This document shows, piece after piece, positions 39,565 to 50,823 of a stretch of DNA of 64,000 nt. Source of the stretch: an uncultured Bacteroides sp. (GTDB lineage: Bacteria > Bacteroidota > Bacteroidia > Bacteroidales > UBA11471); NCBI GenBank assembly GCA_963931635.1, contig OZ007034.1:2277506-2341505 (forward strand), in the 5' to 3' direction. Every line of letters starts with the position of its first letter. Position 1 is the first letter of the stretch. The position numbers were made by a program, and so were the translations under genes. The notes beneath the pieces were generated by a model. It did no database searches. It saw only the letters and a list, made by a program, of their open reading frames with translations, and had not been told where the DNA came from.

Positions 39565-41028
39565 TCATTTTTTCCAGAAATAGGAGGTGAAGAGAATGAG
39601 CACCGTAAAGATTTCAAGGCGTCCTATCAACATGGTGAATGAAAGCAACCACTTGCCGGTATCGGGAATGATGGCAAAAGAGTAGAGGGTGCGGCCGAGT
39701 CCGGGGCCGGAGTTCCCGATACACGATATGGCACAACCGAAGGCCTCTTCGATCGTCAATCCCATGGTGGCCAAGGCCAATGCACTTACGATAACAACGA
39801 TGGCATAGATGAAAAGGAAGGCCAAAATTTTTGTGACGATTTCGTGTGAGATGGCTTGTTGGTTAACCCGAACCGGCACTATTGCATTGGGGTGTACCTG
39901 TCGATAAAATTCGTATATCGTATTTTTGAGGAGAACCACGATGCGTATAACCTTGGCACCGCCACTGGTAGAGCCGGCGCATCCGCCGCAAAACATCAAC
40001 AGACAGATGAGTATGCAGAAGAAGGGCCCCCATGCCACATAGTCGGCCGAGATAAATCCGGTGGAGGTGATTATCGAAGCGACTTGAAAAAGAGAAATTC
40101 GGATGGTGGATTCAAGTCCCATTTTTTCGTATTCTCCATTAAAGTATAATCCGACGGCTATGAGTATTGTGAATATGAGGGTAATGAGCAGATACCATTT
40201 TACCTCTTCGTTTTCGAAGGTCTTTTTTAGTTCTCCTCGTACAGTCCTGTAAACAAGGGCATAATTAATACCTGAGATGAGCATGAACAGTATGACCACG
40301 TATTCGATATAAGCCGAATTCCAGTAGGCGATACTGGCATTTTTGGTAGAGAATCCGCCGGTCGATGCGGTGGTAAGAGCGTGGCATACGGCATCGAAAA
40401 GGTTCATGGGGCTCAGGCTGAGAAGTAGCGTGAGAACAAGAGTAAGACCCAGGTAAGTAGACCACAGCAATTTAGCCGTTTGCCCGATGCGAGGTCCCAA
40501 CTTATCGTGCATAATTCCGGTCGATTCGGCATTGAAGAGCTGCATGCTGCCCCCGCTGTTGAGCAAAGGTAATACCGCCAGCGTGAAGAGTATGATACCC
40601 AATCCACCCAGCCATTGTGTAAGGCTGCGCCAAAACAGAATACCGTGTGGCAATATCTCTACGTCGTTGATGACACTGGCTCCCGTACCAGTAACACCCG
40701 ACATGGTTTCAAAGAAAGCGTCGGTCATGTTATCGACCGCCCCCGACAAGAGATATGGTAACGAACCGAGTAAAGAAAAACACACCCAACATAAAGCCAC
40801 CACCATGAATCCGTCGCGCTTTCCCAAAGATTTGCGCTCGGTATTGGTGTACTGAAAGAAGAACAGACTTCCTACGACAATGGCTATGACAATGGTTATG
40901 AGAAAGGCCATTGTATCGTTTTCGCCATACCCTAATGAGATGCCCAACGGTATGAGCATAGATGCAGCTTCCAACCAAAGAAGGACGCCCAATATTTTGA
41001 GTATTAGTCTGTAATTGATGTCGGCCAT
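39565..41028 (-). CDS. trkH: Trk potassium uptake membrane protein
   Basis: FETMSGVTGTG, STGGFS, AGSTSGG, GRLEIF. Confidence 0.94.
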   Translation of the reverse strand: MADINYRLILKILGVLLWLEAASMLIPLGISLGYGENDTMAFLITIVIAIVVGSLFFFQYTNTERKSLGKRDGFMVVALCWVCFSLLGSLPYLLSGAVDNMTDAFFETMSGVTGTGASVINDVEILPHGILFWRSLTQWLGGLGIILFTLAVLPLLNSGGSMQLFNAESTGIMHDKLGPRIGQTAKLLWSTYLGLTLVLTLLLSLSPMNLFDAVCHALTTASTGGFSTKNASIAYWNSAYIEYVVILFMLISGINYALVYRTVRGELKKTFENEEVKWYLLITLIFTILIAVGLYFNGEYEKMGLESTIRISLFQVASIITSTGFISADYVAWGPFFCILICLLMFCGGCAGSTSGGAKVIRIVVLLKNTIYEFYRQVHPNAIVPVRVNQQAISHEIVTKILAFLFIYAIVVIVSALALATMGLTIEEAFGCAISCIGNSGPGLGRTLYSFAIIPDTGKWLLSFTMLIGRLEIFTVLILFTSYFWKK

Positions 41029-41034
41029 AGATTG

Positions 41035-42369
41035 TTATCCGAAAAGTTTTCCCAATTTGTGAATGACTGTATCGAGGCAGAATACCATGACATGGTCGTT
41101 GGCCTGAATTTGTGTATTACCATTGACAATCATGGCCTTTCCATCGCGAATGAGTCCACCCAGAGTAATGTCGCGCGGGAGATTCAGTTCCTTGATAGGT
41201 TTGTGGGTAATTGGAGCTCCCTCCTTGACAATAAGTTCGGCCACTTCGGCATCGGACATGGCCAGGCATTTCACGTTGGAAGAGTCCGCATCGAGAAGAA
41301 GTTGGAAAATACGGCTGGCAGTGAGCAGTTTTTTGTTGATGACAGAACCGATATCGAGGCTCTCTGCGGTAGGAATAAAAGAGAAGTTTTCGACTTCGGC
41401 AACGGTTTTGACGGCGCCGAAACGTTTGGCCGACAGACAGGCCAGTATATTGGTCTCGGCACTGTCGGTAAGGGCGACAAAGGCGTCGGTGTCTTTGATG
41501 CCCTCTTCTTTCAGAAATTCGGTGTCGCGTCCATCTCCGTTGATAATGACGACTTCGGGAATGGTATTGGCCAACTTGTAGCACTTCTCTTTATCGATTT
41601 CGATGATTTTCATTCGCATCGAGTCGGGCAGTATGTGAGCCAGTCTGATAGCTATGCGGTTACCGCCCATGATGACAACCTTGTGGACATCAATTTCTTT
41701 TTTGCCCGTGAGTTGTTGTATGTCGTGAATGTGTCCGGGTGTGGTGGTGAAGTAGACGATGTCTCCCACTAATATTTCATCAGAGCCTCGCGGTATGATA
41801 GTGCGGTCTTTACGTTTGATGGCGGCAATGTGGTACAGAAGGTGAGCTTTGTTTAACTCCGAGAGGGTCTGGTTCAGTATCCGGGCATTCTCTCTTATTT
41901 TGGCACCGATAAGAATAAGTTCGCCGTTACAGAGTTCAAACCAGTTTCGTACCCAGTTATGACTCAATGCCGTAACGATTTCTTCAGCGGCAAGCATTTC
42001 GGGGTATATCAGTTCATCTACGCCAGTGCTTTTAAAATAAGCCTTGTTCTCGGGGAGCATGAATTCGTAGTTGTCGATGCGGGCAACCGTTTTACGCGAG
42101 CCAAGTCTCTTGGCATACTGGCAGGCTACGATGTTGCGTGTCTCGTAGGGCATTACGGCAATGAACAGGTCGGCTGCTGCAGCGCCGGCTTGTTTCAGAA
42201 TCTTGAACGACGTGGGAGAACCGGTGATTGTCATCAGATTGTAGTTCGAGTCGAGCCAGCGCAGTTTTTCTATATCGGTGTCGATAAGTACGATGTCCAA
42301 ATTTTCTTTCGATAATAATTTGGCCAAATGAGTGCCGACTTCACCTGCTCCTGCAATAATGATTTTCAT
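41035..42369 (-). CDS. trkA: Trk potassium uptake regulatory subunit
   Basis: MKIIIAGAGEVG and two RCK repeats. Confidence 0.95.
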   Translation of the reverse strand: MKIIIAGAGEVGTHLAKLLSKENLDIVLIDTDIEKLRWLDSNYNLMTITGSPTSFKILKQAGAAAADLFIAVMPYETRNIVACQYAKRLGSRKTVARIDNYEFMLPENKAYFKSTGVDELIYPEMLAAEEIVTALSHNWVRNWFELCNGELILIGAKIRENARILNQTLSELNKAHLLYHIAAIKRKDRTIIPRGSDEILVGDIVYFTTTPGHIHDIQQLTGKKEIDVHKVVIMGGNRIAIRLAHILPDSMRMKIIEIDKEKCYKLANTIPEVVIINGDGRDTEFLKEEGIKDTDAFVALTDSAETNILACLSAKRFGAVKTVAEVENFSFIPTAESLDIGSVINKKLLTASRIFQLLLDADSSNVKCLAMSDAEVAELIVKEGAPITHKPIKELNLPRDITLGGLIRDGKAMIVNGNTQIQANDHVMVFCLDTVIHKLGKLFG

Positions 42370-42420
42370 TGTTCTGTGTTTATCGTATGAAACAACTTGT
42401 GATATCTGTTTCGGTGTGTT

Positions 42421-44313
42421 CTACCACTTTTCAATCAATAATTTCTCTATACTCGCAGCATCCATGCCGCATAAGGCATATAGTTCGGCAACGCTTCCCT
42501 GTTCGATAAAGCGGTCGGGAATGCCTACGCGACGAATGCGAGGAGTGTAGTTGTTTTCGGTCATGAATTCAGCAACAGCACTTCCCAAACCACCTTCGAT
42601 AGTCCCATCTTCGACGGTTACAATGCGCTCAAACTGTTTCCCCACACGATGCAAAATGTCGGTATCGATGGGTTTCAGAAATATCATGTCGTAATGGGCT
42701 ACCGACACGCCTTTTACTTGGGCCGAAGCAATGGCTTTTTGTACTTGTGTTCCGATGGGACCGATAGAAAGTACGGCGATGTCTTTTCCTTTGGAAAGTT
42801 GTCGGCCTTTTCCTATTTCCAGTTTTTGCATGGGGCAGTGCCAGTCGACGCGGGAGCCACGTCCGCGGGGATAACGTATGGTGAAGCAGTGTCCTGTCGA
42901 TTGGGCTGTGTACATGAGGTGCCGCAAGTAGTGTTCATCGAGCGGTGAGGCAATCGTCATGTTTGGAATACAGCGCATGTAAGCCAGGTCGAAGGCTCCG
43001 TGGTGGGTCATACCATCTTCGCCTACAAGTCCGGCCCGGTCGAGACAGAAGACTACGGGCAGGTTCTGTATAGCCACGTCGTGTATTACCTCGTCGAATG
43101 CCCGTTGCATAAATGAGGAATAGATGTTGCAATAAGGCAATAACCCTTCTTTGGCCAGTCCGCCGGAGAAGGTTACCGCATGTTCTTCGGCTATGCCAAC
43201 ATCGAATGCACGGTTTGGAAACTTCTCCATCAGGTAGGTCATCGAGCAGCCGGTGGGCATGGCGGGAGTGATACCTACTATCTTTTCGTTCTGTTCGGCC
43301 AGTTCTACGAGAGTATGTCCGAAGACGTCTTGGAAGAGAGATGGCTGGTTGGGCGCATCGTTCTTGATGCGTTCGCCCGTCTCTTTGTTGAATCTCCCCG
43401 GTGCATGCCATACGACGGCATTTTCTTCGGCCGGTGCATATCCTTTGCCTTTGACGGTTTTGATGTGTAGTATTTTGGGACCCGACATCTCTTTGATGTT
43501 GTTCAGCACTCTTACCAGTTGTTTCACATCGTGCCCGTCGATAGGCCCGAAATAGCGGATATTCAAACCCTCAAAGATGTTCTGATGTCTCGATATCAGC
43601 GCTTTCAGGCTATTGTTGAACCGGAGTATAGCACCTTTCTGCTGTTCCGATACGAGCCGCATTTTTACTAACAGCCGGTATAACTGGTAACGTATGTTGT
43701 TGTAGAACGGCAGGGTATTGATGTGCGACAGGTAATGGTGGAACGCACCGACGTTGTTGTCGATGGCCATATTGTTGTCGTTGAGGATAATCAGCAGGTT
43801 GTTGGGGTTGGTCGACGCATTGTTGAGTCCTTCGAAAGCCAGTCCTCCGGCGATGGCGGCATCGCCAATAACAGCAACGACCTTGCGGTCTTTTTCACCT
43901 TTCAAGCTGGCAGCAACCGACATGCCCAGTGCTGCCGATATGGAGTTGGAGGCGTGGCCGGCAACGAAGGTGTCGTAGGGGCTTTCCATAGGAGAGGGAA
44001 ATCCGCTCAGCCCGCCCAGTTTACGGTTGGTCGAAAAACGTTCTCTTCGGCCTGTAAGTATTTTATGGGCATAGGCCTGGTGCCCCACGTCCCATACGAT
44101 GCGGTCGTAGGGAGTATTGAGTATATAGTGAAGAGCGACTGTAAGCTCTACAGTTCCGAGGCTTGATGCAAAATGTCCGGGATTTTTAGATAGAGCATCA
44201 ATAATGAATTGGCGCAATTCATCGCACACTTGTGGAAGCTGCCCGAGGTCGAGGCGGCGCAGGTCGTCGGGGGTGTATATGTCGGGGAGTATGGGCTTTT
44301 TCTCGGTAGTCAT
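42421..44313 (-). CDS. dxs: 1-deoxy-D-xylulose-5-phosphate synthase
   Basis: [32 protein letters not shown]; start trimmed to ATG 44313. Confidence 0.96.
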   Translation of the reverse strand: MTTEKKPILPDIYTPDDLRRLDLGQLPQVCDELRQFIIDALSKNPGHFASSLGTVELTVALHYILNTPYDRIVWDVGHQAYAHKILTGRRERFSTNRKLGGLSGFPSPMESPYDTFVAGHASNSISAALGMSVAASLKGEKDRKVVAVIGDAAIAGGLAFEGLNNASTNPNNLLIILNDNNMAIDNNVGAFHHYLSHINTLPFYNNIRYQLYRLLVKMRLVSEQQKGAILRFNNSLKALISRHQNIFEGLNIRYFGPIDGHDVKQLVRVLNNIKEMSGPKILHIKTVKGKGYAPAEENAVVWHAPGRFNKETGERIKNDAPNQPSLFQDVFGHTLVELAEQNEKIVGITPAMPTGCSMTYLMEKFPNRAFDVGIAEEHAVTFSGGLAKEGLLPYCNIYSSFMQRAFDEVIHDVAIQNLPVVFCLDRAGLVGEDGMTHHGAFDLAYMRCIPNMTIASPLDEHYLRHLMYTAQSTGHCFTIRYPRGRGSRVDWHCPMQKLEIGKGRQLSKGKDIAVLSIGPIGTQVQKAIASAQVKGVSVAHYDMIFLKPIDTDILHRVGKQFERIVTVEDGTIEGGLGSAVAEFMTENNYTPRIRRVGIPDRFIEQGSVAELYALCGMDAASIEKLLIEKW

Positions 44314-44331
44314 TTCGGTGTGATAAACACG

Positions 44332-44339
44332 CAAAGATA
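44332..44339 (-). promoter_or_regulatory. -7 promoter box for dxs-trkA-trkH
   Basis: TATCTTTG on minus strand. Confidence 0.6.
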
Positions 44340-44450
44340 CATTTTTCTTCTTAAAATAGTAAATCTATCTGCATGAATTATCGATAAACCGGTTTTGTGG
44401 TTGGGAGAAGAAGAAAGCCCCAGGTATGAGTAGTGGGTTGGATGTTGAGG

Positions 44451-46922
44451 TTATTCCAATTCTACCACGGTGATGCCGGCCCCTCCAAACTGTACATGTT
44501 CGTCGTGAAAAGAACGTACTCCTGAAACACCTTTGAGGTATTCTCTGACCAGTTGTCGCAGGGCTCCTGTTCCGGTACCATGCAAGATGCGCACCTGTTC
44601 GGCGCCTACTTGTATGGCATCGTCGATAAAGTATACAACGGCTTGCAGGGCTTCGTCGGCCCTGAATCCGCGAATGTCGATTTCCCGGCGAAAATTCAGA
44701 CTTTTTTCCCTCATGCTGTTGGTTGTGTCTTCACCTACGAAAGTGGCTTTTACAGCCTGTTCCCGTTTGAGCCGACTGCGGTTTACTTTTTCGAGTTGTT
44801 CGATTTTGACGGTCGACCGCATCTGCCCGAAGATGACGGTCGCTTTTTTTCCTTGAATCGACTCTACTTCGCCGGCTGTCTGTTGTCCTTTCAGGCACAC
44901 GGCATCACCTATGGCAATGGCTGTCTTCTCGGTTTCTGGGCTTTTTTCTTCGGTTTTACGACGATTCTTTTTCGCTTCCCGTTCCTTGATTTTTTCAATT
45001 TTCCTCGATATGGCATCGGGGTTTTCTTCGTTGTCGGAAAGGCCTTTCTTGAAAGATTGCAGTTCCTGACGGGCGGTACGGGTCTTCTCTTTTTCGGCCT
45101 CGGACTCTTTGATGGCGCGTATGGTGTTTTCGATGCGGGCGTTTGAGTCGGCAATGAGTTGCTCGGCTTTTTGTTTGGCCTCTTTCAAGATGCGTTTCCG
45201 CTCTTTCTCAATTTCTTGCAAATCGTCGGCATATTTGCGGGTGAGCTCTTCCAACTGTTTTTCCCGCTGCCTGATGTTTTGACGTTTGTTTTCCCAGTAA
45301 CGTTTATCCCGCACGATGTCTTGCAGGTATTTGTCCATGTCGATGTAGTCTGAACCTACCTTTTCGGAGGCATCGGCGATGACATCTTCGGGCAATCCGA
45401 TTTTCCGAGCTATTTCTATGGCGAACGAACTGCCCGGATTTCCTATCGACAACTTGAAGAGTGGCTGCATCATGTGTCGGTCGTAGAGCATGGCGCCGTT
45501 GACGATACCCGGTGTGTCTTTGGCAAATTGTTTCAGGTTTTGGTAGTGCGTGGTGATGACCCCGAATGATTTTTTCCGATTAAACCGGTCGAGAAGCGCC
45601 TCGGCTATGGCACCGCCAATCTGCGGCTCGGTACCTCCGCCAAATTCGTCAATAAGCAGGAGCGCTCCCTCGTTGCAGTTCTTGACAAAGAATTTCATGT
45701 TTGTCAGATGCGAACTGTATGTACTGAGGTCGTTTTCTATCGACTGTTCGTCGCCGATGTCGATGAAGATGTGGTCGAAAACACCTGTGTGGGAGTTTTC
45801 ATACACGGGAATGAGCAATCCGCATTGCAGCATGTATTGCAACAGTCCGGTTGTTTTGAGACAAACCGATTTTCCTCCGGCATTGGGTCCGGAGATAAGC
45901 AGTATGCGTTGTTCGGGAGTGAGGCATATGTCAAGGGGGACGACCTGCTTGTTCTGCTTTCGCAGCGACAGAAAAAGCAGGGGGTGTATGGCGTGGTACC
46001 ATTCGATTTGCCGGACGTTCTCGAAATGGGGCAGCAGCGCATTTATTTCAATGGCAAACAGTGCTTTGGCCCGAATAAAGTCGATGTCGGCAAGAAACTC
46101 GTAGGAGTGAGCGATGTCGGCAAGGTAAGGACGCAGTTCATCGGTAAAAAGGGTGAGGATGCGGACTATTTCGCGACGTTCTTCCCCTTCGAGTTCTCTG
46201 ATGCGGTTGTTGGCCTCCACCACTTCGGCCGGCTCTATATATACCGTCTTTCCGCTGGCCGACTCGTCGTGTACGATACCCTTGATACGTCGTTTGTAGG
46301 CGGGAACGACCGGTATTACCAGTCGTCCTTCGCGCAGGGTGGGGGCCACCTCTTTATCGACAATTCCCTCGCTTTGGGCGTTGCGGAGAATGGCATTCAG
46401 GCTTCGGGAGATGCTCGACAGGGTCTGGTTCATCTCCCGTCGTATCTGGGCCAGCTGGGCCGAGGCGTTGTCTTTGATGTGTCCGAATTTGTCGATTATC
46501 TGGTCGGCACGGGTCAGCAGTTGAGGAAAAACCACAACGTCTCCGGCCCGGGATTTCAGGTGAGGGTAGAGGCTTTCTTCGTCTTCGCCTGAGATGAAAA
46601 AACCGACAATATCGCGTATGGTCTCTAACGAGCGGCGCAGGTTGAAGAGCTCGGTTTCATCGAGAAAAGTGCCCTCAATGCGAATGCGTTGCAACGATGG
46701 TCTGATGTCGAAATAGTGGTCGGCCGGGAACTCTTCGTCGTTTTGCAGCAGATGGGTAAACTCTTCGGTTTCGCGCAGCAGCGGTTCGATGATGTCGAAC
46801 GATGTCTGGAATTTCATGTCGGCAACCCGCTCGCTGCCCAGTGTACTCAGGCAGCGGTCGCTAATGAGCCGGCGTATTTTATCGAAACCGATTTTCTCTT
46901 CGAAGTTCTGCGGATAGGTCAT
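44451..46922 (-). CDS. mutS2: MutS2 endonuclease with Smr domain
   Basis: GPNAGGKS, LSTYSSH, DEFGGGTEP, coiled coil, ILHGTGTG; start trimmed to ATG 46922. Confidence 0.94.
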   Translation of the reverse strand: MTYPQNFEEKIGFDKIRRLISDRCLSTLGSERVADMKFQTSFDIIEPLLRETEEFTHLLQNDEEFPADHYFDIRPSLQRIRIEGTFLDETELFNLRRSLETIRDIVGFFISGEDEESLYPHLKSRAGDVVVFPQLLTRADQIIDKFGHIKDNASAQLAQIRREMNQTLSSISRSLNAILRNAQSEGIVDKEVAPTLREGRLVIPVVPAYKRRIKGIVHDESASGKTVYIEPAEVVEANNRIRELEGEERREIVRILTLFTDELRPYLADIAHSYEFLADIDFIRAKALFAIEINALLPHFENVRQIEWYHAIHPLLFLSLRKQNKQVVPLDICLTPEQRILLISGPNAGGKSVCLKTTGLLQYMLQCGLLIPVYENSHTGVFDHIFIDIGDEQSIENDLSTYSSHLTNMKFFVKNCNEGALLLIDEFGGGTEPQIGGAIAEALLDRFNRKKSFGVITTHYQNLKQFAKDTPGIVNGAMLYDRHMMQPLFKLSIGNPGSSFAIEIARKIGLPEDVIADASEKVGSDYIDMDKYLQDIVRDKRYWENKRQNIRQREKQLEELTRKYADDLQEIEKERKRILKEAKQKAEQLIADSNARIENTIRAIKESEAEKEKTRTARQELQSFKKGLSDNEENPDAISRKIEKIKEREAKKNRRKTEEKSPETEKTAIAIGDAVCLKGQQTAGEVESIQGKKATVIFGQMRSTVKIEQLEKVNRSRLKREQAVKATFVGEDTTNSMREKSLNFRREIDIRGFRADEALQAVVYFIDDAIQVGAEQVRILHGTGTGALRQLVREYLKGVSGVRSFHDEHVQFGGAGITVVELE

Positions 46923-46943
46923 TGCTTGTAGATATGGTTGCCG

Positions 46944-46951
46944 CAAAGGTA
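46944..46951 (-). promoter_or_regulatory. -7 promoter box for mutS2
   Basis: TACCTTTG on minus strand. Confidence 0.6.
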
Positions 46952-46983
46952 CGAAATCTTCTTAAAAATCGGACCGGGGGCGT

Positions 46984-48012
46984 TTACTTCCATTTTTTTG
47001 TCCGCAGGAAAATGTATACTCCGACTCCTATACACACCATGATACCCCAGGCTACCGGATAGCCGTATTTCCATTTCAGTTCGGGCATGTTCTCGAAGTT
47101 CATGCCCCATACACCGACAAGAAATGTCAGTGGAATGAAGATGGTCGATACGATGGTGAGGCTTTTCATGATGGAGTTCATGCGCAGGTCATTGTTTGAG
47201 ATGTAGAGGTCGACCAGTGAAGAGAGTGTCTCGCGACAGATTTCAATGTTCTGGGCTACATAGTTGAGGTGGTCGTTCAGGTCGTTAAAGAAAACTCTGT
47301 TGGTCTTGTGTATCAGTGGCGATTCGGAACGCACCAGTCGGGAGTATTGTTCTTTAAGTGGCAATACGGTACGTTTGAGAAGCAGGTATCTTCGCCGCAG
47401 GGTCTGTATTTCGACACTGAGTTCATGGTCGTTGTTTTCGAGCAGAAGTTCCGATTCCAAGTCTTCGAGGGCGTTGTCGATTTGCGATGAAACCGATATG
47501 AAGTTTGTTACCAGGTCGTTCAGCAGTACGGTGAGCAGATAGTCGGAGGGCCGTGTGCGGATTTTCAGAATATTGTTGCGCAGAGCCTTTTCGATTTCCC
47601 GAAAGGCCGGAGTCTCATATTCCATAAAGGTGAGTATGAAGTTTTCGCCCTGTACGATACTTACCTGCGACTCTTTCTCCTGGTCGAAATATTTGGCGAT
47701 GACGATGTTGAACTTCTCATATTCCTCAATCTTGCAAGGGTGGTCGGGGTTGAGAATATCCTGCATGATGAGGAAATTGATACCGAAGTGGGTACAGATA
47801 TTTTGTATGTCGGTCGTGTTTTGAAGTCCGCACACCTGCAACCAGTGTATGTAGTCGGACTTTTCCATCTGGGGTATGAGAATTTGCAGACTGTTCTCGA
47901 CATGTTCGCTGATGTCGTTTGCGTTGTAGCTGAACAGATGCAGTTGGGTCGGTGTCGTATTTTCGCTGTTATAGGTAAGCCGGTCGGTAAGCAGATTGTT
48001 GCGGGTATTCAT
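46984..48012 (-). CDS. corA: magnesium/cobalt transporter CorA
   Basis: C-terminal PLTFLVGVWGMNF..MPEL. Confidence 0.92.
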   Translation of the reverse strand: MNTRNNLLTDRLTYNSENTTPTQLHLFSYNANDISEHVENSLQILIPQMEKSDYIHWLQVCGLQNTTDIQNICTHFGINFLIMQDILNPDHPCKIEEYEKFNIVIAKYFDQEKESQVSIVQGENFILTFMEYETPAFREIEKALRNNILKIRTRPSDYLLTVLLNDLVTNFISVSSQIDNALEDLESELLLENNDHELSVEIQTLRRRYLLLKRTVLPLKEQYSRLVRSESPLIHKTNRVFFNDLNDHLNYVAQNIEICRETLSSLVDLYISNNDLRMNSIMKSLTIVSTIFIPLTFLVGVWGMNFENMPELKWKYGYPVAWGIMVCIGVGVYIFLRTKKWK

Positions 48013-48191
48013 GAAACTTGTTTTTTATGTTTTTTCTGTTGTTGGAGACAGCCCTCTAAGATATAGGTTATACACATCAATGACAAATCGAAGAGTATAT
48101 TCTCGTTTCAGGGTTGGTTAAAAAATGTTTTCACAAAATGAACAAAGAGAATCTTTCTTATGTTTATAGGATAAAAAATTTTTTGAAATAT

Positions 48192-48650
48192 ATGGGAAAA
48201 GGCCTGAATTACATTTGGCCGGTACTCTTGTGTATAGGAGGCGGCTTTTTGGCAAGTTTGCTGCAACGGTCGGCTATTGTCGAGTGGTATCCCGGCCTGG
48301 ATAAGCCTTCGGTAACCCCTCCGGCTATTGTTTTTCCTATTGTGTGGACGGTACTTTATGTTATGATAGGATTGTCGTTGAGCTTTCTTCTGAATCGGCG
48401 TCCGTCGGGTTGGCTGATAGGATTGTGGGGGGCACAGTTGGCTCTGAACTTTTTGTGGAGCCTGCTATTTTTTATGTGTCGCAATCCGTTTTGGGGCCTT
48501 GTCGATATAGTGCTGCTCGATTTCCTGGTTGTTTTATATATAGTGAAGGTATATACAACCTGTGCCGTTTCGTCGTGGCTCTTTGTGCCATATGCCCTAT
48601 GGCTGTTTTTAGCCACCTATCTCAATGCATATATTGTCTTCAACAACTGA
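48192..48650 (+). CDS. TspO/MBR family tryptophan-rich sensory protein
   Basis: WY..L.KP..TPP..VFP.VWT.LY, LNFLWS..FF, PYALW..LA..LN; start trimmed to ATG 48192. Confidence 0.9.
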   Translation: MGKGLNYIWPVLLCIGGGFLASLLQRSAIVEWYPGLDKPSVTPPAIVFPIVWTVLYVMIGLSLSFLLNRRPSGWLIGLWGAQLALNFLWSLLFFMCRNPFWGLVDIVLLDFLVVLYIVKVYTTCAVSSWLFVPYALWLFLATYLNAYIVFNN

Positions 48651-48678
48651 ATCAATGTCAAACTTTAAAAAATAAATT

Positions 48679-49251
48679 ATGACACACCAGAAGCCTCAAT
48701 TACCTTATGCCGCCGATGCTCTTGCCCCGATTATGAGCCAGGAGACCCTCGATTATCATTACGGCAAGCATCTGCAAACCTATGTGGACAACCTCAACCG
48801 CTTGATAGAGAACACGCCATACGATGGTATGGTGCTCGATGAGATTGTGAAAAGTTCCGACGGGGCTATCTTTAACAATGCTGCACAAGCGTGGAATCAC
48901 ATCTTTTTCTTTGATACACTTTCGCCCCAAAGAAAAGATATACCGGCCTCGCTTGTCGACGTATTGAATAGAGATTTCGGTTCAATCGAAACCTTCAAAG
49001 ACCAGTTTTCCAAGGCTGCTGTCTCCCTTTTTGGTTCGGGTTGGGTGTGGCTTTCTGCCGACAAGCAGGGCCATTTGTCGCTCGATGCCATGAACAATGC
49101 CGGTACTCCGCTGGCTAAAAATTTAAGGCCGTTGCTCACCATCGATGTTTGGGAACATGCCTACTACATCGATTATCGCAACCGCAGGGCCGATTATGTA
49201 AAGGCCTTTTGGTCGCTTGTCGATTGGGATGAGGTGGCAGGTCGTTTATGA
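48679..49251 (+). CDS. sod: Fe/Mn superoxide dismutase
   Basis: HYGKH, NNAAQAWNH, DVWEHAYY. Confidence 0.96.
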   Translation: MTHQKPQLPYAADALAPIMSQETLDYHYGKHLQTYVDNLNRLIENTPYDGMVLDEIVKSSDGAIFNNAAQAWNHIFFFDTLSPQRKDIPASLVDVLNRDFGSIETFKDQFSKAAVSLFGSGWVWLSADKQGHLSLDAMNNAGTPLAKNLRPLLTIDVWEHAYYIDYRNRRADYVKAFWSLVDWDEVAGRL

Positions 49252-49274
49252 GTCATTTTACAAATGAAATCGGG

Positions 49275-49311
49275 GAAAAAAGGTCCCGATATCACGTCGA
49301 GCCCCTTTTTC
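49275..49311. terminator. degenerate bidirectional terminator between sod and phoU
   Basis: GAAAAAAGG..imperfect stem..CCTTTTTC. Confidence 0.45.
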
Positions 49312-49348
49312 ACGATTATTCATGTTCTGTTTATCGGTCGGGCCATAA

Positions 49349-50038
49349 TCAATCTTCATGAATCGATGGCGCAGCCGAGTAGAGGTGTTTCAACACTTCG
49401 GCGTCGATATAAAACACGGTTTCTTCGGCCAAGTTGATGATGTGGTCGCCGGTACGTTCAAGTTTGCGTAAAATGGCGGCTATTTCCAGACAGAACCGAA
49501 TGGCCGAGGGGTAATCTTTTGCATACTCGGCCAGTTTGTCGAGTGCTTTTTTGTTGAGAGAGTCCAAAAGATCGTCTTTCTCGATGACCGACTTGGCCAA
49601 AGATACATTGGACGTTTCTAATGCTTTGTATGTTGTCGTGAACATTTGCAGCACTTGTTCATACATGTCGGTCAATTCTTTGGCATTGAAAAGTTGCTTG
49701 TCTGCATCGGAAATGGCATTTCTTACCACAAACCTGGCTATGCTGTCGGCATAATCGCCGATGCGTTCGAGGTTGTTGTTGATTTTCAACATGGCCAACA
49801 TAAAACGGAGGTCTACGGCCACCGGATTATACAATGCGATGAAGTCTTCAATGTCGCTATCGATTTTCAAATCGAATGCATTTACCCGTTTTTCTCTTGA
49901 GGCGACGCTGTTTGCCAACTCCTCGTCGTGGTTGCGCAAGGCTTCGAAAGCATTTTCGAGCTGTTGTTGCACCAGCAACCACATGTCACTCACTTCATTT
50001 TTTATCGCGATAAGTTCGTTTTCAACAAATTTTACCAT
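49349..50038 (-). CDS. phoU: phosphate signalling protein PhoU
   Basis: PVAVDLR, LERIGD and LERTGDH repeats. Confidence 0.95.
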   Translation of the reverse strand: MVKFVENELIAIKNEVSDMWLLVQQQLENAFEALRNHDEELANSVASREKRVNAFDLKIDSDIEDFIALYNPVAVDLRFMLAMLKINNNLERIGDYADSIARFVVRNAISDADKQLFNAKELTDMYEQVLQMFTTTYKALETSNVSLAKSVIEKDDLLDSLNKKALDKLAEYAKDYPSAIRFCLEIAAILRKLERTGDHIINLAEETVFYIDAEVLKHLYSAAPSIHED

Positions 50039-50055
50039 AATAAATTGCTTTTATT

Positions 50056-50808
50056 TTATCCAAAACGTCCTGTAATGTAATTTTGTGTGGCTTCCTTGGA
50101 AGGATTTGTAAAGATTTTTTTCGTATCGTCATATTCTACCATTTCTCCTAAGTAGAAAAATGCTGTTTTGTGGCTGACGCGAGCGGCTTGTTGCATGCTG
50201 TGGGTAACGATGACAATCGTTGTTTGCTTGCATAATTCGCATATCAGTTCTTCGATTTTTGCCGTCGATATGGGGTCGAGGGCCGAGGCCGGTTCGTCCA
50301 TCAGCAGAACCGATGGTGACACGGCCATGGCCCGGGCTATGCACAAACGTTGTTGTTGGCCCCCCGAGAGAGCATAAGCCGACTCTTTCAACTTGTCTTT
50401 CACCTCTTCCCATAAAGCGGCACCTTTCAAGGCTTCTTCCACTTTGTGTGAAATGTATTCTTTGTCTTTGACCCCGTTGACACGCAAACCATAGGCCACA
50501 TTCTCGAAGATGCTTTTGGGAAAAGGATTGGGGCGTTGGAATACCATGCCTACGTTTCTCCGTAAAACATCTACTTCGACCGACTTGTCATAGATGTCTT
50601 GTCCGTCGATGGAGATATTGCCGGTCAGCCTTGTATTGGGAATCAGGTCGTTCATGCGGTTGAAGAGACGCAGAAAAGTCGATTTTCCGCAACCCGATGG
50701 GCCGATAAATGCCACGACTTGATTTTCGGGGATTGTTAAGGATATATTTTTCAAGGCATGGAAATTCCCATAATAAAAATCTACATTGGTTGCCTTTATT
50801 TTGTCCAT
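50056..50808 (-). CDS. pstB: phosphate ABC transporter ATPase
   Basis: [25 protein letters not shown]. Confidence 0.96.
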   Translation of the reverse strand: MDKIKATNVDFYYGNFHALKNISLTIPENQVVAFIGPSGCGKSTFLRLFNRMNDLIPNTRLTGNISIDGQDIYDKSVEVDVLRRNVGMVFQRPNPFPKSIFENVAYGLRVNGVKDKEYISHKVEEALKGAALWEEVKDKLKESAYALSGGQQQRLCIARAMAVSPSVLLMDEPASALDPISTAKIEELICELCKQTTIVIVTHSMQQAARVSHKTAFFYLGEMVEYDDTKKIFTNPSKEATQNYITGRFG

Positions 50809-50823
50809 GGTGTTTCTTGTTTG

